Source of the DNA: an uncultured beta proteobacterium
GTDB taxonomy: Bacteria; Pseudomonadota; Gammaproteobacteria; Burkholderiales; SG8-39
NCBI GenBank assembly: GCA_963782655.1
Contig: CAWALA010000001.1
Span: forward strand, 92,756 to 156,755
Direction of reading: 5' to 3'
Length of the DNA: 64,000 nt
Translations under genes and position numbers: made by a program
In this document: piece by piece, positions 27,308 to 37,300 of the stretch
How positions within the stretch are numbered: the stretch's first letter is position 1
Layout: the number at the start of each line of letters is the position of its first letter
The notes under the pieces: generated by a model
Seen by the model: the letters and a program-made list of their open reading frames with translations, nothing else
Databases searched by the model: none
Told to the model about the DNA's origin: nothing

Positions 27308-28186
27308 ATGACTGATCCGCAACCCCTCGGTTTCATCGGCACCGGCGTGATGGGGGAACCCATGTGCCGCAACCTCGCGGCCAAGTCGGGGCGACGCGTC
27401 CTCGCGTGGGACCCCTCCCCCGCCCCGCTCGAGCGGCTGCGCGCCGCGGGCGTCGCGATCGCGGCCTCGGCCGCCGAAGTCGCCGCGCAGTCGGCCGTTC
27501 TCTTCCTCTGCCTGCCGGGCGGCGCGCAGCTCCGGTCGCTGTGCGAAAGCGTCCTTCTGCCTGCGGCGCGGCCGGGCCTGACCGTCGTGGACTTCGGCAC
27601 CTCGGGAGTCGGCCTCACGCGCGAACTGGCGAGGCGCTTCGGCGAGCGCGGCGCCGACTACGCCGACGCCCCGATCGCGCGCACGCGGGAAGCGGCGCAG
27701 AAAGGCACGCTCAGCATCACGGTCGGCGCATCGCCGGAAGTTTTCGCGCGCGTCGAGCCGCTGCTGCGCTGCGTGGGCAGCGACATCACCCATTGCGGCG
27801 GCGTCGGCAGCGGGCAGGTGGTCAAGATCCTCAACAACATGGTGCTGTTCCAGACGGTCAACGCGCTCGCGGAAGCACTCGCCCTTGGGCGGCGCGCGGG
27901 CGTGGATCCCGCACTCCTGTTCGACGCCCTGTCGAAAGGCTCGGCGGACAGCTTCGCGCTGCGCAACCACGGCATGAAAGCGATGCTGCCGGGCGCGTAC
28001 CCGGAGCGCGCGTTCTCGGTCGAGTACGCGGCGAAGGACAACGGCTACGCGCTCGAGCTGGGGCAGGAGACCGGCGTGCGGCTGCGCGGTGCTGAGCTGC
28101 TGGCGTGGGTCCTGCAGGAGGCGCGGGAACGCGGCTTTGCCGATGCCTACTGGCCGGTGATCGCCAAGGTCATCGATCGCGCATGA
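27308..28186 (+). CDS. NAD(P)-dependent oxidoreductase, 3-hydroxyisobutyrate / 2-hydroxy-3-oxopropionate reductase family
   Basis: Intact. GFIGTGVMGEPM Rossmann motif. 6PGDH-like C-terminal domain. Confidence 0.75.
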   Translation: MTDPQPLGFIGTGVMGEPMCRNLAAKSGRRVLAWDPSPAPLERLRAAGVAIAASAAEVAAQSAVLFLCLPGGAQLRSLCESVLLPAARPGLTVVDFGTSGVGLTRELARRFGERGADYADAPIARTREAAQKGTLSITVGASPEVFARVEPLLRCVGSDITHCGGVGSGQVVKILNNMVLFQTVNALAEALALGRRAGVDPALLFDALSKGSADSFALRNHGMKAMLPGAYPERAFSVEYAAKDNGYALELGQETGVRLRGAELLAWVLQEARERGFADAYWPVIAKVIDRA

Positions 28187-28188
28187 GC

Positions 28189-28938
28189 CTATTGACGCAT
28201 GCCAACGCCGCACAAGTAGGCGCGATCGATGGCCCCCTCGCCATAGCCCTGTTTCACGCCGCAGCCGAGGCCATAGCCCCGCGCCACGGCCCAGATCGCC
28301 CCGACGGTTGCGTACCGCATCGTGCCGGAGAAAGCCGGATCGGGGTTGGTCTCGACGCTGTAATCGAGCACCAGCTTGAGCCTTTCGAAGATCGTGTACA
28401 TCGCCGCGCCCGATAGCTGGTAGAGGTGCTCGCGCAGGCCCTGCACGTTCGCGAAGTAGCGGTAGCCGGCGTGCGCGTGCAGGCCCAGTGCCCCGGGCTC
28501 GTACGATCCGATCAACAGCGCGCGCAGGTTGACGCGCTCCGTGCTGAGGCCGTCGGCTCCGGTGGGCATGATGATGCCGGGCATGAATGCGACGCTCAAC
28601 TCGTCGCGCTCGTAGAAGCGCCACTTGACGTTGATGAACGCGTCGGCAAAGCCGTCGGTGACGGTCCGGCCCGCCGCACCATCCTCAGTCACACGCATAT
28701 GGGGAACGACGAACTGGAGATCGAGGTTCTCGGCGAGCCCGTAGTTCAGCGCTGCCGAGGTTTCGCTGGCTTCAAAAGTCGCGCCGGGCCGGCTCTCGCG
28801 AGCCTGCTGCACGGTGACTTCGAATTGCATGCCGCCCTTCCCCTGCGTCGCGGTGTCTTCCGTGATGAGCGGCGGCGCCGCGTGCGCCGGAAAGGCCGCA
28901 GCGATTGCGACGAAAACTGCTTCGAGAAGACGCCGCAT
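28189..28938 (-). CDS. outer-membrane beta-barrel transporter-like protein (MetA-pathway/phenol-degradation-like family)
   Basis: Intact 249 aa with signal peptide and amphipathic beta strands. Confidence 0.45.
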   Translation of the reverse strand: MRRLLEAVFVAIAAAFPAHAAPPLITEDTATQGKGGMQFEVTVQQARESRPGATFEASETSAALNYGLAENLDLQFVVPHMRVTEDGAAGRTVTDGFADAFINVKWRFYERDELSVAFMPGIIMPTGADGLSTERVNLRALLIGSYEPGALGLHAHAGYRYFANVQGLREHLYQLSGAAMYTIFERLKLVLDYSVETNPDPAFSGTMRYATVGAIWAVARGYGLGCGVKQGYGEGAIDRAYLCGVGMRQ

Positions 28939-28996
28939 GGCTGGATGCGGCGCAAGTCTAAACTAGTCGCTCCACTTCTACCGACGGAGCCTCGGC

Positions 28997-29293
28997 ATGC
29001 CCTACGCCATCCTCACCACCGACAACCCCGATTCCGGCGCGCTGCGCGCCAAGGTGCGCGACGAGCACCTCAAGTACCTCGACGCCAACATGCACCGGCT
29101 GCTTGCCGCCGGCGCCCTGATCAATGACGACGCCACCGGCGGGCACGGCGGCATCCTGATCGTGGACACCGACGTGCGCAAGGAGGCCGAGGACTTCATC
29201 GCCGGCGACCCCTTCACCAAGGCGGGCCTGTTCCAGCGGGTGACGGTCACCCGCTGGCGCAAGGCCTACTTCAACAAGCAGAAACTGATCTAG
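28997..29293 (+). CDS. YciI family protein
   Basis: Intact 98 aa MPYAILTTDNPDS... Confidence 0.8.
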   Translation: MPYAILTTDNPDSGALRAKVRDEHLKYLDANMHRLLAAGALINDDATGGHGGILIVDTDVRKEAEDFIAGDPFTKAGLFQRVTVTRWRKAYFNKQKLI

Positions 29294-29796
29294 CCGAACA
29301 TCATGCCGCCGCGGCGGTGGCCGCGCCGTTGCATGCGCGCGGCGAGCGTCTTGCGCTGCTCGGGCGTGAGCACTTCGGCGACGTCGGCGAGCGCCTGCGT
29401 GAAGCGCTTCGAGGTCGCATCGGCGGCGCGCATGCTCTCGGCGCGCGCTTTCTCGATGGCGCCGCGGTCGATCTTGTCGGCCGAGAGGAGCTCGACGCTC
29501 TTCAGGCGCGCTTGCCGGGTCTTCTCGCGCAGCGGCTGCAGGTCCTTCGCCGCCTGCTTCGCGATCGGGTCGAGCTTCTGCTTCTGCGCTTCGGTGGCGT
29601 CGATCTCGACGTAGAGGTGCTTGAGCATGCGGTCGAGGTGCTCTTCCATCCGTGCCGGGTCGATCGGGCCGTGACCGCGCCCCCGGCCGTCGGCCAGGGC
29701 GTTCAGGCCGAAGCCGCCGAGTCCGGCGACTGCGGTGGAGGCGGCGGCGAGCTTGAAGAAGCGACGCCGCGGGTTGGCTTGGGTGTTCTGTTTCAT
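29290..29796 (-). CDS. Spy/CpxP-family periplasmic protein (LTxxQ motif)
   Basis: Tat/Sec-like leader RRRFFKLAAASTAVAGLG. Helical repeats with LTPEQRK. Confidence 0.65.
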   Translation of the reverse strand: MKQNTQANPRRRFFKLAAASTAVAGLGGFGLNALADGRGRGHGPIDPARMEEHLDRMLKHLYVEIDATEAQKQKLDPIAKQAAKDLQPLREKTRQARLKSVELLSADKIDRGAIEKARAESMRAADATSKRFTQALADVAEVLTPEQRKTLAARMQRRGHRRGGMMFG

Positions 29797-29883
29797 GGCG
29801 GATCCTTTCCAGATTGGTGGGAATGCGCCGCCAGTGTGTGCGCCAAACGTAAGCCCGTTATGTCCGGATGTAAGAAGATGTAA

Positions 29884-31036
29884 CTAGGGGCCAGGCTCGA
29901 GCCGCGCGAGCAGCGCGCGCGACTCGTCGGTGAGCAGATAGATCAGGCCGTCGGGCCCGGCGCGCACGTCGCGGATGCGGCCAAGCTTCCCCTTGAGCAG
30001 GCGCTCCTCGTGCACGACTTTCTCGCCCTCCAGCTTCAGGCGCACCAGAAGTTCCGCGCGCAGCGCGCCGACAAAGAGGTCACCGCGCCATTTCGGGAAC
30101 CGTTCGCCGGTATAGAAGGCCATGCCGGAGGGCGCGATCGAGGGCACCCACTTGTGGATCGGCTGCTCCATGCCGGGTTTGGCCGTGCCCTCGCCGATTC
30201 TGGTGCCTATCCCGTAGTTGACCCCGTAGGTGATCACCGGCCAGCCGTAGTTCGCGCCGGCGCGGATCACGTTCACCTCGTCGCCGCCCTGCGGCCCGTG
30301 CTCGTGGGTCCACAGCACGCCCGGTCTGCGGGTGCAGCGCCGCCCCCTGCTGGTTGCGATGGCCGAGGGTGAACTTCTCGGGCTTCCAGCCCGCCTTGCC
30401 TACGAAAGGGTTGTCGGCGGGCACGCGGCCGTCGTCGTGCAGGCGGATGACGGAACCGGCATGGTCGTCGGGCCGCTGCGCGCGCTCCTTCTCGCCGCGC
30501 TCGCCGAGCGTGATGTAGAGGTAGCCCTGCCGGTCGAACACGAGGCGAGAGCCGAAATGCTGGCCGCCGCCCCCCTTTGGGCTCTGCCGGAAGAGGGTCT
30601 CGATGTTCTCCAGCCGGTGGCCGGCGAGCCGACCGCGCGCCACTTCGGTGCCCACGCCGTCCGCCCCGCGGGCGGCGTAGGAAACGTAGACCATGCCGTT
30701 CTCCGCGAACTTCGGATGCAGCACCACATCCATCAGCCCGCCTTGCCCGTGCACCGTGACTTCCGGCAGCCCGGCGACCGGCTGCGGGTCGAGCTTGTTG
30801 TCCGTGACCAGGCGCAGCCGCCCGGCTTTCTCCGTGACGAGCATGCGTCCGTCCGGAAGGAAGGCGAGCGACCAGGGCTGCTCCAGACCGCGCACGAGTT
30901 CCACTACGCGAAACGCATGCTCCTCGGATTGGATGGACTGGGCTACGGCAAGCTGCATGGCGAGCGCGCCGGCCAGCAGCACAAGGACGGCTTTCACGAA
31001 TTGATTATGGCCGAAGATCGCCGCCGCTTTCGACAT
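29884..31036 (-). CDS. PQQ-dependent soluble sugar (aldose) dehydrogenase, YliI/Asd-like beta-propeller; one frameshift near 30320
   Basis: Signal peptide. ...GLMDVVLHP...GSRLVFD...HRNQQG...GWPVITYG motifs. Confidence 0.75.
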
Positions 31037-31096
31037 GCGCGACTGGGACGTGATGTCGAACGTGACCAAGTCACGGCTGCACGGCTTTGTGCACCC

Positions 31097-32149
31097 TCAG
31101 CGGAGCACTTCCTCCAGCGGCCGGCGCGGCGTGGGTTGCGCCGGCCGGTCGGCGTAGCCCAGCCTGAACGCCACCAGCGGAATGCCACCCGCGCGGAACA
31201 GCTTGGCAAACCTCACCCTTACCTTGTCGACCTCGAGCAGTTGGCTGATCGGCTGAAGGCTCAGGCCCCGCGCGGCGGCGGCGAGATATAGGCGCTCGAG
31301 GAGCTGCCCGGCTTTCATCAGCCCGGCCGCCGCGACGTTGGCGCCGCTGATGAGACCGAACACGGGCGCGGTCGCGAGCGCCTGGTGGCCGCCCCTGGCA
31401 TCCGCTGCTTTCATGCCGAGCTGGGCGATGGCGAACTGCTGCGCGAGCGACAGCAGCCAAGGGCCGCCGAAATTCCCGCTGCCGATCGACGCGGCGAGCT
31501 CCTCGCGGTACTTCGCGTCCGCGAGCCCGAGCGCCTCGCCCTTTAGCATCAGCCTTTGCGCCGCCTTCTTGATCGCAGTGTTCCCGGTGAGGAGGAGAGT
31601 CAGGTCGCGCTCGACATTGCTCGCCGCGAGATCGCGCAGTGCAGCCGCGGACACGGGCCGGTCCTGGTAGCGGCCATGGTTCGTGCGCCGCTCGATAATC
31701 GCCTTGAACAGGGCAGCCGGACGGAACGCCGAGGCGGCTGGCCGGTCGAGGATTGCGATCTGCGCCACGATGGAGCTGTCGAAGGCGTGCGGCGACAGGG
31801 TCACGTAATGCCCGAAACCGAAATGCTCCAGCGCGATCAGGAAGTTCTCCAGCGCGCAGCCCAGGCTGACGTGCAGCTCCCGCGCGTGCGGATCGGAGAC
31901 CCGCTGCCAGCGCGAGAGATCCGAGTGCAGGCTGACCTGGTCCCGGCTGAGCGTGAAACTCCACGGCTGCGTGTTGCGATTGGATGGGGCGAGAATCGCG
32001 TAGCGCAGCAGAAATCTCAATTTGTCGATGCGGGAGCCGCGCTCGGGGTAGTCCGCCTCGCGCAGCCCCCTGGGATCGGCAGGTGAGCGCGAGCCACGCT
32101 TGTCGGGTCGGGCATCTCCCCCGTCAGGCATCGAGATCCGACCGCTCAT
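31097..32149 (-). CDS. nitroreductase-family protein (Acg-like tandem nitroreductase fold)
   Basis: ...[21 protein letters not shown] (nitroreductase signature). Its ATG overlaps the stomatin stop (ATGA). Confidence 0.55.
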   Translation of the reverse strand: MSGRISMPDGGDARPDKRGSRSPADPRGLREADYPERGSRIDKLRFLLRYAILAPSNRNTQPWSFTLSRDQVSLHSDLSRWQRVSDPHARELHVSLGCALENFLIALEHFGFGHYVTLSPHAFDSSIVAQIAILDRPAASAFRPAALFKAIIERRTNHGRYQDRPVSAAALRDLAASNVERDLTLLLTGNTAIKKAAQRLMLKGEALGLADAKYREELAASIGSGNFGGPWLLSLAQQFAIAQLGMKAADARGGHQALATAPVFGLISGANVAAAGLMKAGQLLERLYLAAAARGLSLQPISQLLEVDKVRVRFAKLFRAGGIPLVAFRLGYADRPAQPTPRRPLEEVLR

Positions 32150-32911
32150 GCCTTGGGCTTGCGCAGCGCCTCCAGCAGCGGCCCGAGAACGTCCATCGGC
32201 ACCGGGAACACGATGGTCGAGGATCTTGTCGCCCGCGATCTGCGTGAGCGTCTGCAGGTAGCGCAGCTGCATCGCCTCCGCGCGCTGCGACAGAATGTGC
32301 GCGGCCTCCAGAAGCTTTGTCGACGCCTGCAGCTCGCCCTCGGCGTGGATGATCTTGGCGCGCCGCGCGCGCTCGGCCTCGGCCTGCTGCGCGATGGCGC
32401 GCACCATGGTCTCGTTCAGGTCCACGTGCTTGATCTCGACGGTGGAGACCTTGATGCCCCAGGCGTCGGTCTGCGCGTCGAGCACCTGCTGGATGTCGGC
32501 GTTGAGCTGCTCGCGCTCGGAGAGCAGCTCGTCCAGTTCGTGCTTGCCGAGCACCGAGCGCAGCGTGGTCTGCGAAAGCTGGCTGGTGGCCTCGAGGAAA
32601 TTGGCCACCTGGATGATCGACTTCTGCGGGTCGATGACGCGGAAGTAGACCACCGCGTTCACCTTGACCGAGACGTTGTCGCGCGTGATCACGTCCTGCG
32701 GCGGCACGTCGAACACCACCGTGCGCAGGTCCACCCGAACCATCTGCTGGATACCCGGGATGAGGAAGAACAGGCCGGGACCCTTGACCTTCCAGAAGCG
32801 GCCGAGCTGGAACACCACCGCGCGCTGGTACTCGCGCAGGATGCGCAGCGAGGCCGCCAGCAGGATGACCACCAGGACCAGGAAACCGATGCCGAAATTG
32901 AACATGCTCAC
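32146..32911 (-). CDS. SPFH/Band-7 (stomatin-like) protein; one frameshift near the C-terminus
   Basis: [18 protein letters not shown]...[13 protein letters not shown]...[15 protein letters not shown]-terminus ...[24 protein letters not shown] recovered in the alternate frame. Confidence 0.8.
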
Positions 32912-34253
32912 CCTCCTTTGCCATCCCCGGACCGGGGGTCACCTCGAGCACCAGCCCGTCGATCGCCGCCACGCGCAGCGCCTGCCCGCGCTTGAGCGGC
33001 GCGCTCGTGCGCACGCGCCAGCGCTCGCCGTGCACGCGCGCCCAGCCCTCGCCCTCGATTTCCTCGAGCGCCTCGCCTGGCGCGCCGATGAGTTCTTCGC
33101 GCCCGCTCACCACCGGGCGGCGGCGCGAACGCACCAGCATGCCGAGCACCAGGAACAGGAACGCCGCGCTCGCCGCGGTCACGCCGCCGATCAGCGCGTA
33201 GGGAATCTCGAACTGCGGCACGTCGGTGTCGAGCAGCATCACCGAGCCGACGACGAACGCCGCCAGCCCGCCCACCGCGAGCGCGCCGTGAGAGGTGATC
33301 CAGACTTCGGCCACCATGAAAGCGATGCCCAGCAGCAGCAGCGCGAGGCCCGCGTAGTTCACCGGCAGCAGCTGGAAGGCGTACATCGCGATCAGGATGC
33401 AGATCGCGCCGACCACCCCCGGGAGAATAAGACCCGGGTTGGTGAACTCGAAGATCAGCGCGTAGATGCCCACCAGGATCATCAGATAGGCAACGCTCGG
33501 GTTGGTGATCACGCTCAGCACGCGCGTGCGCCAGTCGGGTTCGATGGCGCTGACCTCGGCGCCGGCGGTGGCGAGGGCGAGCTTCGCGCCCGCCGTCTCG
33601 ACCGTGCGTCCGTCCACTGCCTGCAGCAGCGCGGGCACGCTTTCCGCGACCACGTCGATGACCTTGATTTTCTTTGCCTCGGTGGCCGACAGGCTCACCG
33701 CCTCGCGCACGGCGCGCTCTGCCCAGTTGGCATTGCGCCCGCGTAGCTGCGCCAGGCTGCGGATATACGCGGCGGCGTCGTTGGTGACCTTGCGCATCAT
33801 CGTGTCGCCCAGGGGTGCGGCGCCTTTCTTCGCTTCCTTCCCCGAGGGGTCGGGCTTGCCGCCGTCGGGCGCGCCGCCGATCGCCACCGGCGAAGCGGCG
33901 CCGAGGTTGGTGGCGGGCGCCATCGCCGCAATGTGGCTGGCGTAAAGGATGAAGGTGCCAGCGCTCGCCGCGCGCGCGCCGGAGGGCCCGACCCAGGCGG
34001 CGACCGGCACCTTGGAGGCGAGAATGTCGCGGATGATGTCGCGCATCGAGCTGTCCAGGCCGCCCGGCGTGTCAAGGCGCAGCACGACGAGCGGCGCGCC
34101 CTCCTTCGCCGCGCGCTCGAGGCTGCGGCCGACGAAATCGGCGGTGGCCGGGCCGATGGCGCCCTCGATGGACACGAGCGCAACCGGGGCGGGGGCGGCT
34201 TGCGCCGACGCCAGCCACAATGCCGCGACTAGCAACAGGCGCCGCGCATCCAT
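32908..34253 (-). CDS. NfeD-family membrane-bound serine protease (ClpP-class) with C-terminal OB domain; frameshift at the extreme 3' end
   Basis: Signal peptide. ...[10 protein letters not shown]...AASAGTFI (ClpP-like), TM block, then ...[28 protein letters not shown]. Directly upstream of the stomatin gene with a GTGA overlap. Confidence 0.75.
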
Positions 34254-34308
34254 GGCGAGACTATAAACCCATATTCGTCGCTAGAATCGCGCCTCTCCCT
34301 ACCGATCG

Positions 34309-37300
34309 ATGAAGCCCGAGCATCCCCCGGCCGACGCCATCGTCATTCGCGGCGCGCGCCAGAACAACCTCAAGAACCTGACGCTGTCGCTGCCGGCGAA
34401 CGAGCTGATCGTCGTCACCGGCGTGTCTGGCTCGGGCAAGTCCTCGCTCGTCTTCGACACCCTGTACGCCGAGGGGCAGCGGCGCTACGTCGAGACCTTC
34501 AGCCCCTACGCGCGCCAGTTCCTCGAGCGCATGGACAAGCCGCAGGTGGACGCGATCGAGGGCATCCCGCCGGCGATCGCCATCGACCAGACCAACCCGG
34601 TGCGCACCTCGCGCTCCACGGTCGGCACGATGACCGAGCTGAACGACCACCTGAAGCTGCTCTTCGCGCGCGCGGCGAAGCTGCATTGCCGCAAGTGCGG
34701 CAAGCCGGTGCGGCGCGACACGCCGCGAGTCCATCTATCGAGGCGCTCGCCGCGCAGGCGGACGCGCGCCTGGAGATCACCTTCCCGGTGCCGATCCCGA
34801 AGAACTTCACCGAGAAGGAGGTCGAGGAGCTGCTGCAGCGCCAGGGCTACACGCAGCTGCACTCGCGCTCGAAGACCCTGATCGAGGTGATCCAGGACCG
34901 CGTGCGCCCCGGCACGACCGAGAAGGCGCGCGTGATGGACGCCATCGACTCGGCGCTGCGCTACGGCCAGGGACGCCTCAACGTTTACGCCGAAGATCGG
35001 GGACGATCCCGACTTGTCCGAATCATGGAGAAGCCGAGACCATGAGGTCTGATCCGCACCGCTCTCCGCTTTTCGACCGCTCTGCACTGCGCCGACTGCG
35101 ACATCGCGTACGCGGAGCCCACGCCCGCGGCGTTCTCGTTCAATTCGCCGCTGGGCGCGTGCGAGACCTGCCGCGGCTTCGGGCGCGTGATCGGCGTGGA
35201 CTACGGCCTGGTCATTCCGGACGAATCGAAGACGCTGCGCGAGGGCGCGATCAAGCCCTGGCAGACGCCGAGCTTCAAGGAATGCCAGGGCGACCTGGCG
35301 AAGTACGTGAAGAAGCACGGCGTGCCCATGGACCTGCCCTGGCGCGAGATGAAGGCGGAGCACCGCGCCTGGGTGCTCGAGGGCGACGCGGACTGGGTGA
35401 GCTGGAAGAAGTCCTGGCCCGGCAAGTGGTACGGCGTGGGGCGCTTCTTCAAGTGGCTGGAGAGCAAGGCCTACAAGATGCACATCCGCGTGCTGCTCTC
35501 CAAGTACCGCGCCTACACGGAATGCTCGGCCTGCGGCGGCGCGCGCCTCAAGCCCGACGCGATGCTGTGGAAGATCGAGGGCCGCACGATCCGCGACCTG
35601 ATGCTGATGCCGGTGAGCGAGGTGCAGCGCTTCTTCGCGGCACTGCAGCTGCCCGCGCCGCTGGACGAGGCCACCGACCTGCTGCTCGGCGAGATCCGCA
35701 CGCGCCTTGCGCTACCTGGGCGAGGTGGGCCTGGGCTACCTCACGCTCGACCGCCAGTCGCGCACGCTCTCGGGCGGCGAGGTGCAGCGCATCAACCTCA
35801 CCACGGCGCTCGGCACGTCGCTGGTCAACACGCTGTTCGTGCTGGACGAGCCCTCGATCGGTCTGCACCCGCGCGACATGGGGCGCGTCATCGGCGTGAT
35901 GCGCAGGCTGCGCGACGCCGGCAACTCGCTCGTGGTGGTGGAGCACGATCCGCAGATCATGTTCGCCGCCGACCGCATCCTCGACATGGGCCCGGGCCCG
36001 GCGAGCGCGGCGGCGAGGTGGTGTTCTTCGGCCCGCCGGCCGAACTGCGCAAGGCGCGCACGCTGACCGCCGAGTACCTCTCGGGCCGCAAGCGCGCCGA
36101 AGCGCCGCGCGCGCCGCAGAAGCCGGAGAAGTTCCTGCAAGTGCTGGGCGCCGCCGAGCACAACCTGAAGGACCTCGACGTCTCGATCCCGCTCGAGCGC
36201 CTGGTGTGCGTGACCGGCGTGTCGGGCTCGGGCAAGTCCACGCTGGTGCAGGACGTGCTCTACGCCGCGCTGCTCAAGGCCAAGGGCAAGCCGACCGAGG
36301 CGCCGGGCAGGCACCGCGCGCTGCGCGGCGCGGAAGCGATCGGCGAAGTGGTGATGGTCGACCAGTCGCAGATCGGCAAGACCACGCGCTCCAACCCGGC
36401 GAGCTACGTCGGCGCCTTCGACGCGATCCGCGACCTGTACGCGCAGCGCGCCGGTGTCGAAGGAGCGCAAGTACACCGCCGGCACCTTCAGCTTCAACTC
36501 CGGCAACGGCCGCTGCCCGGCCTGCGGCGGCAACGGCTTCGAGCACGTCGAGATGCAGTTCCTCTCCGACGTGTACCTGCGCTGCCCGGACTGCGACGGC
36601 AAGCGCTACCGCCCCGAAGTTCTGGAAGTGACGGTGCGCGGCAAGAGCATCGCCGAGGCGCTGGAGATGACGGTGTCCGAGGCAGTGGTGTTCTTCAAGG
36701 AAAACGCCGAGGTGCTGGCGCGCCTGCAGCCGCTCGCCGACGTCGGCCTGGACTACCTGCGCCTCGGCCAGCCCGTGCCCACGCTCTCCGGCGGCGAAGC
36801 GCAGCGCCTCAAGCTGGCGGGGCACCTGGCGAGAAAAAATCGGGGACAGACCCCAGTTGTCTCCAAACTGTTCCTGTTCGACGAGCCGACCACCGGCCTG
36901 CACTTCGAGGACATCGCCAAGCTGCTGCGCGCGTTCCGCAAGCTGCTCGCCGCCGGACACTCGCTGGTGGTGATCGAGCACAACCTCGACGTGATCCGCG
37001 CCGCCGACTGGATCCTCGACCTCGGGCCGGAAGGCGGCGACGCCGGCGGCGAGCTGGTCTGCGCAGGAACGCCCGCGAGCCGTGATGCAGCATGCGACGT
37101 CGCACACCGGCAAGGCGCTGCGGGAATACGAGGAAAAAATAGGGACAGACCCCGATTTCGTTGCAGAAAAAGCGGGTCTGTCCCGTATCTTGTCAACTCC
37201 ATCCGGATCCACAACGCGCGCGAGCACAATCTCAAGTCCATCGACGTCGAGATCCCGCGCCAGCGCTTCACCGTGGTCACCGGCGTCTCCGGCTCCGGCA

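Noticed and set aside
31097-32911. 604-aa ORF that would be a stomatin-nitroreductase fusion protein
   Set aside because: The stomatin C-terminus (…[24 protein letters not shown]) and its stop are recovered in the adjacent frame. The nitroreductase has its own ATG overlapping that stop (ATGA). These are two genes plus one frameshift, not a fusion.
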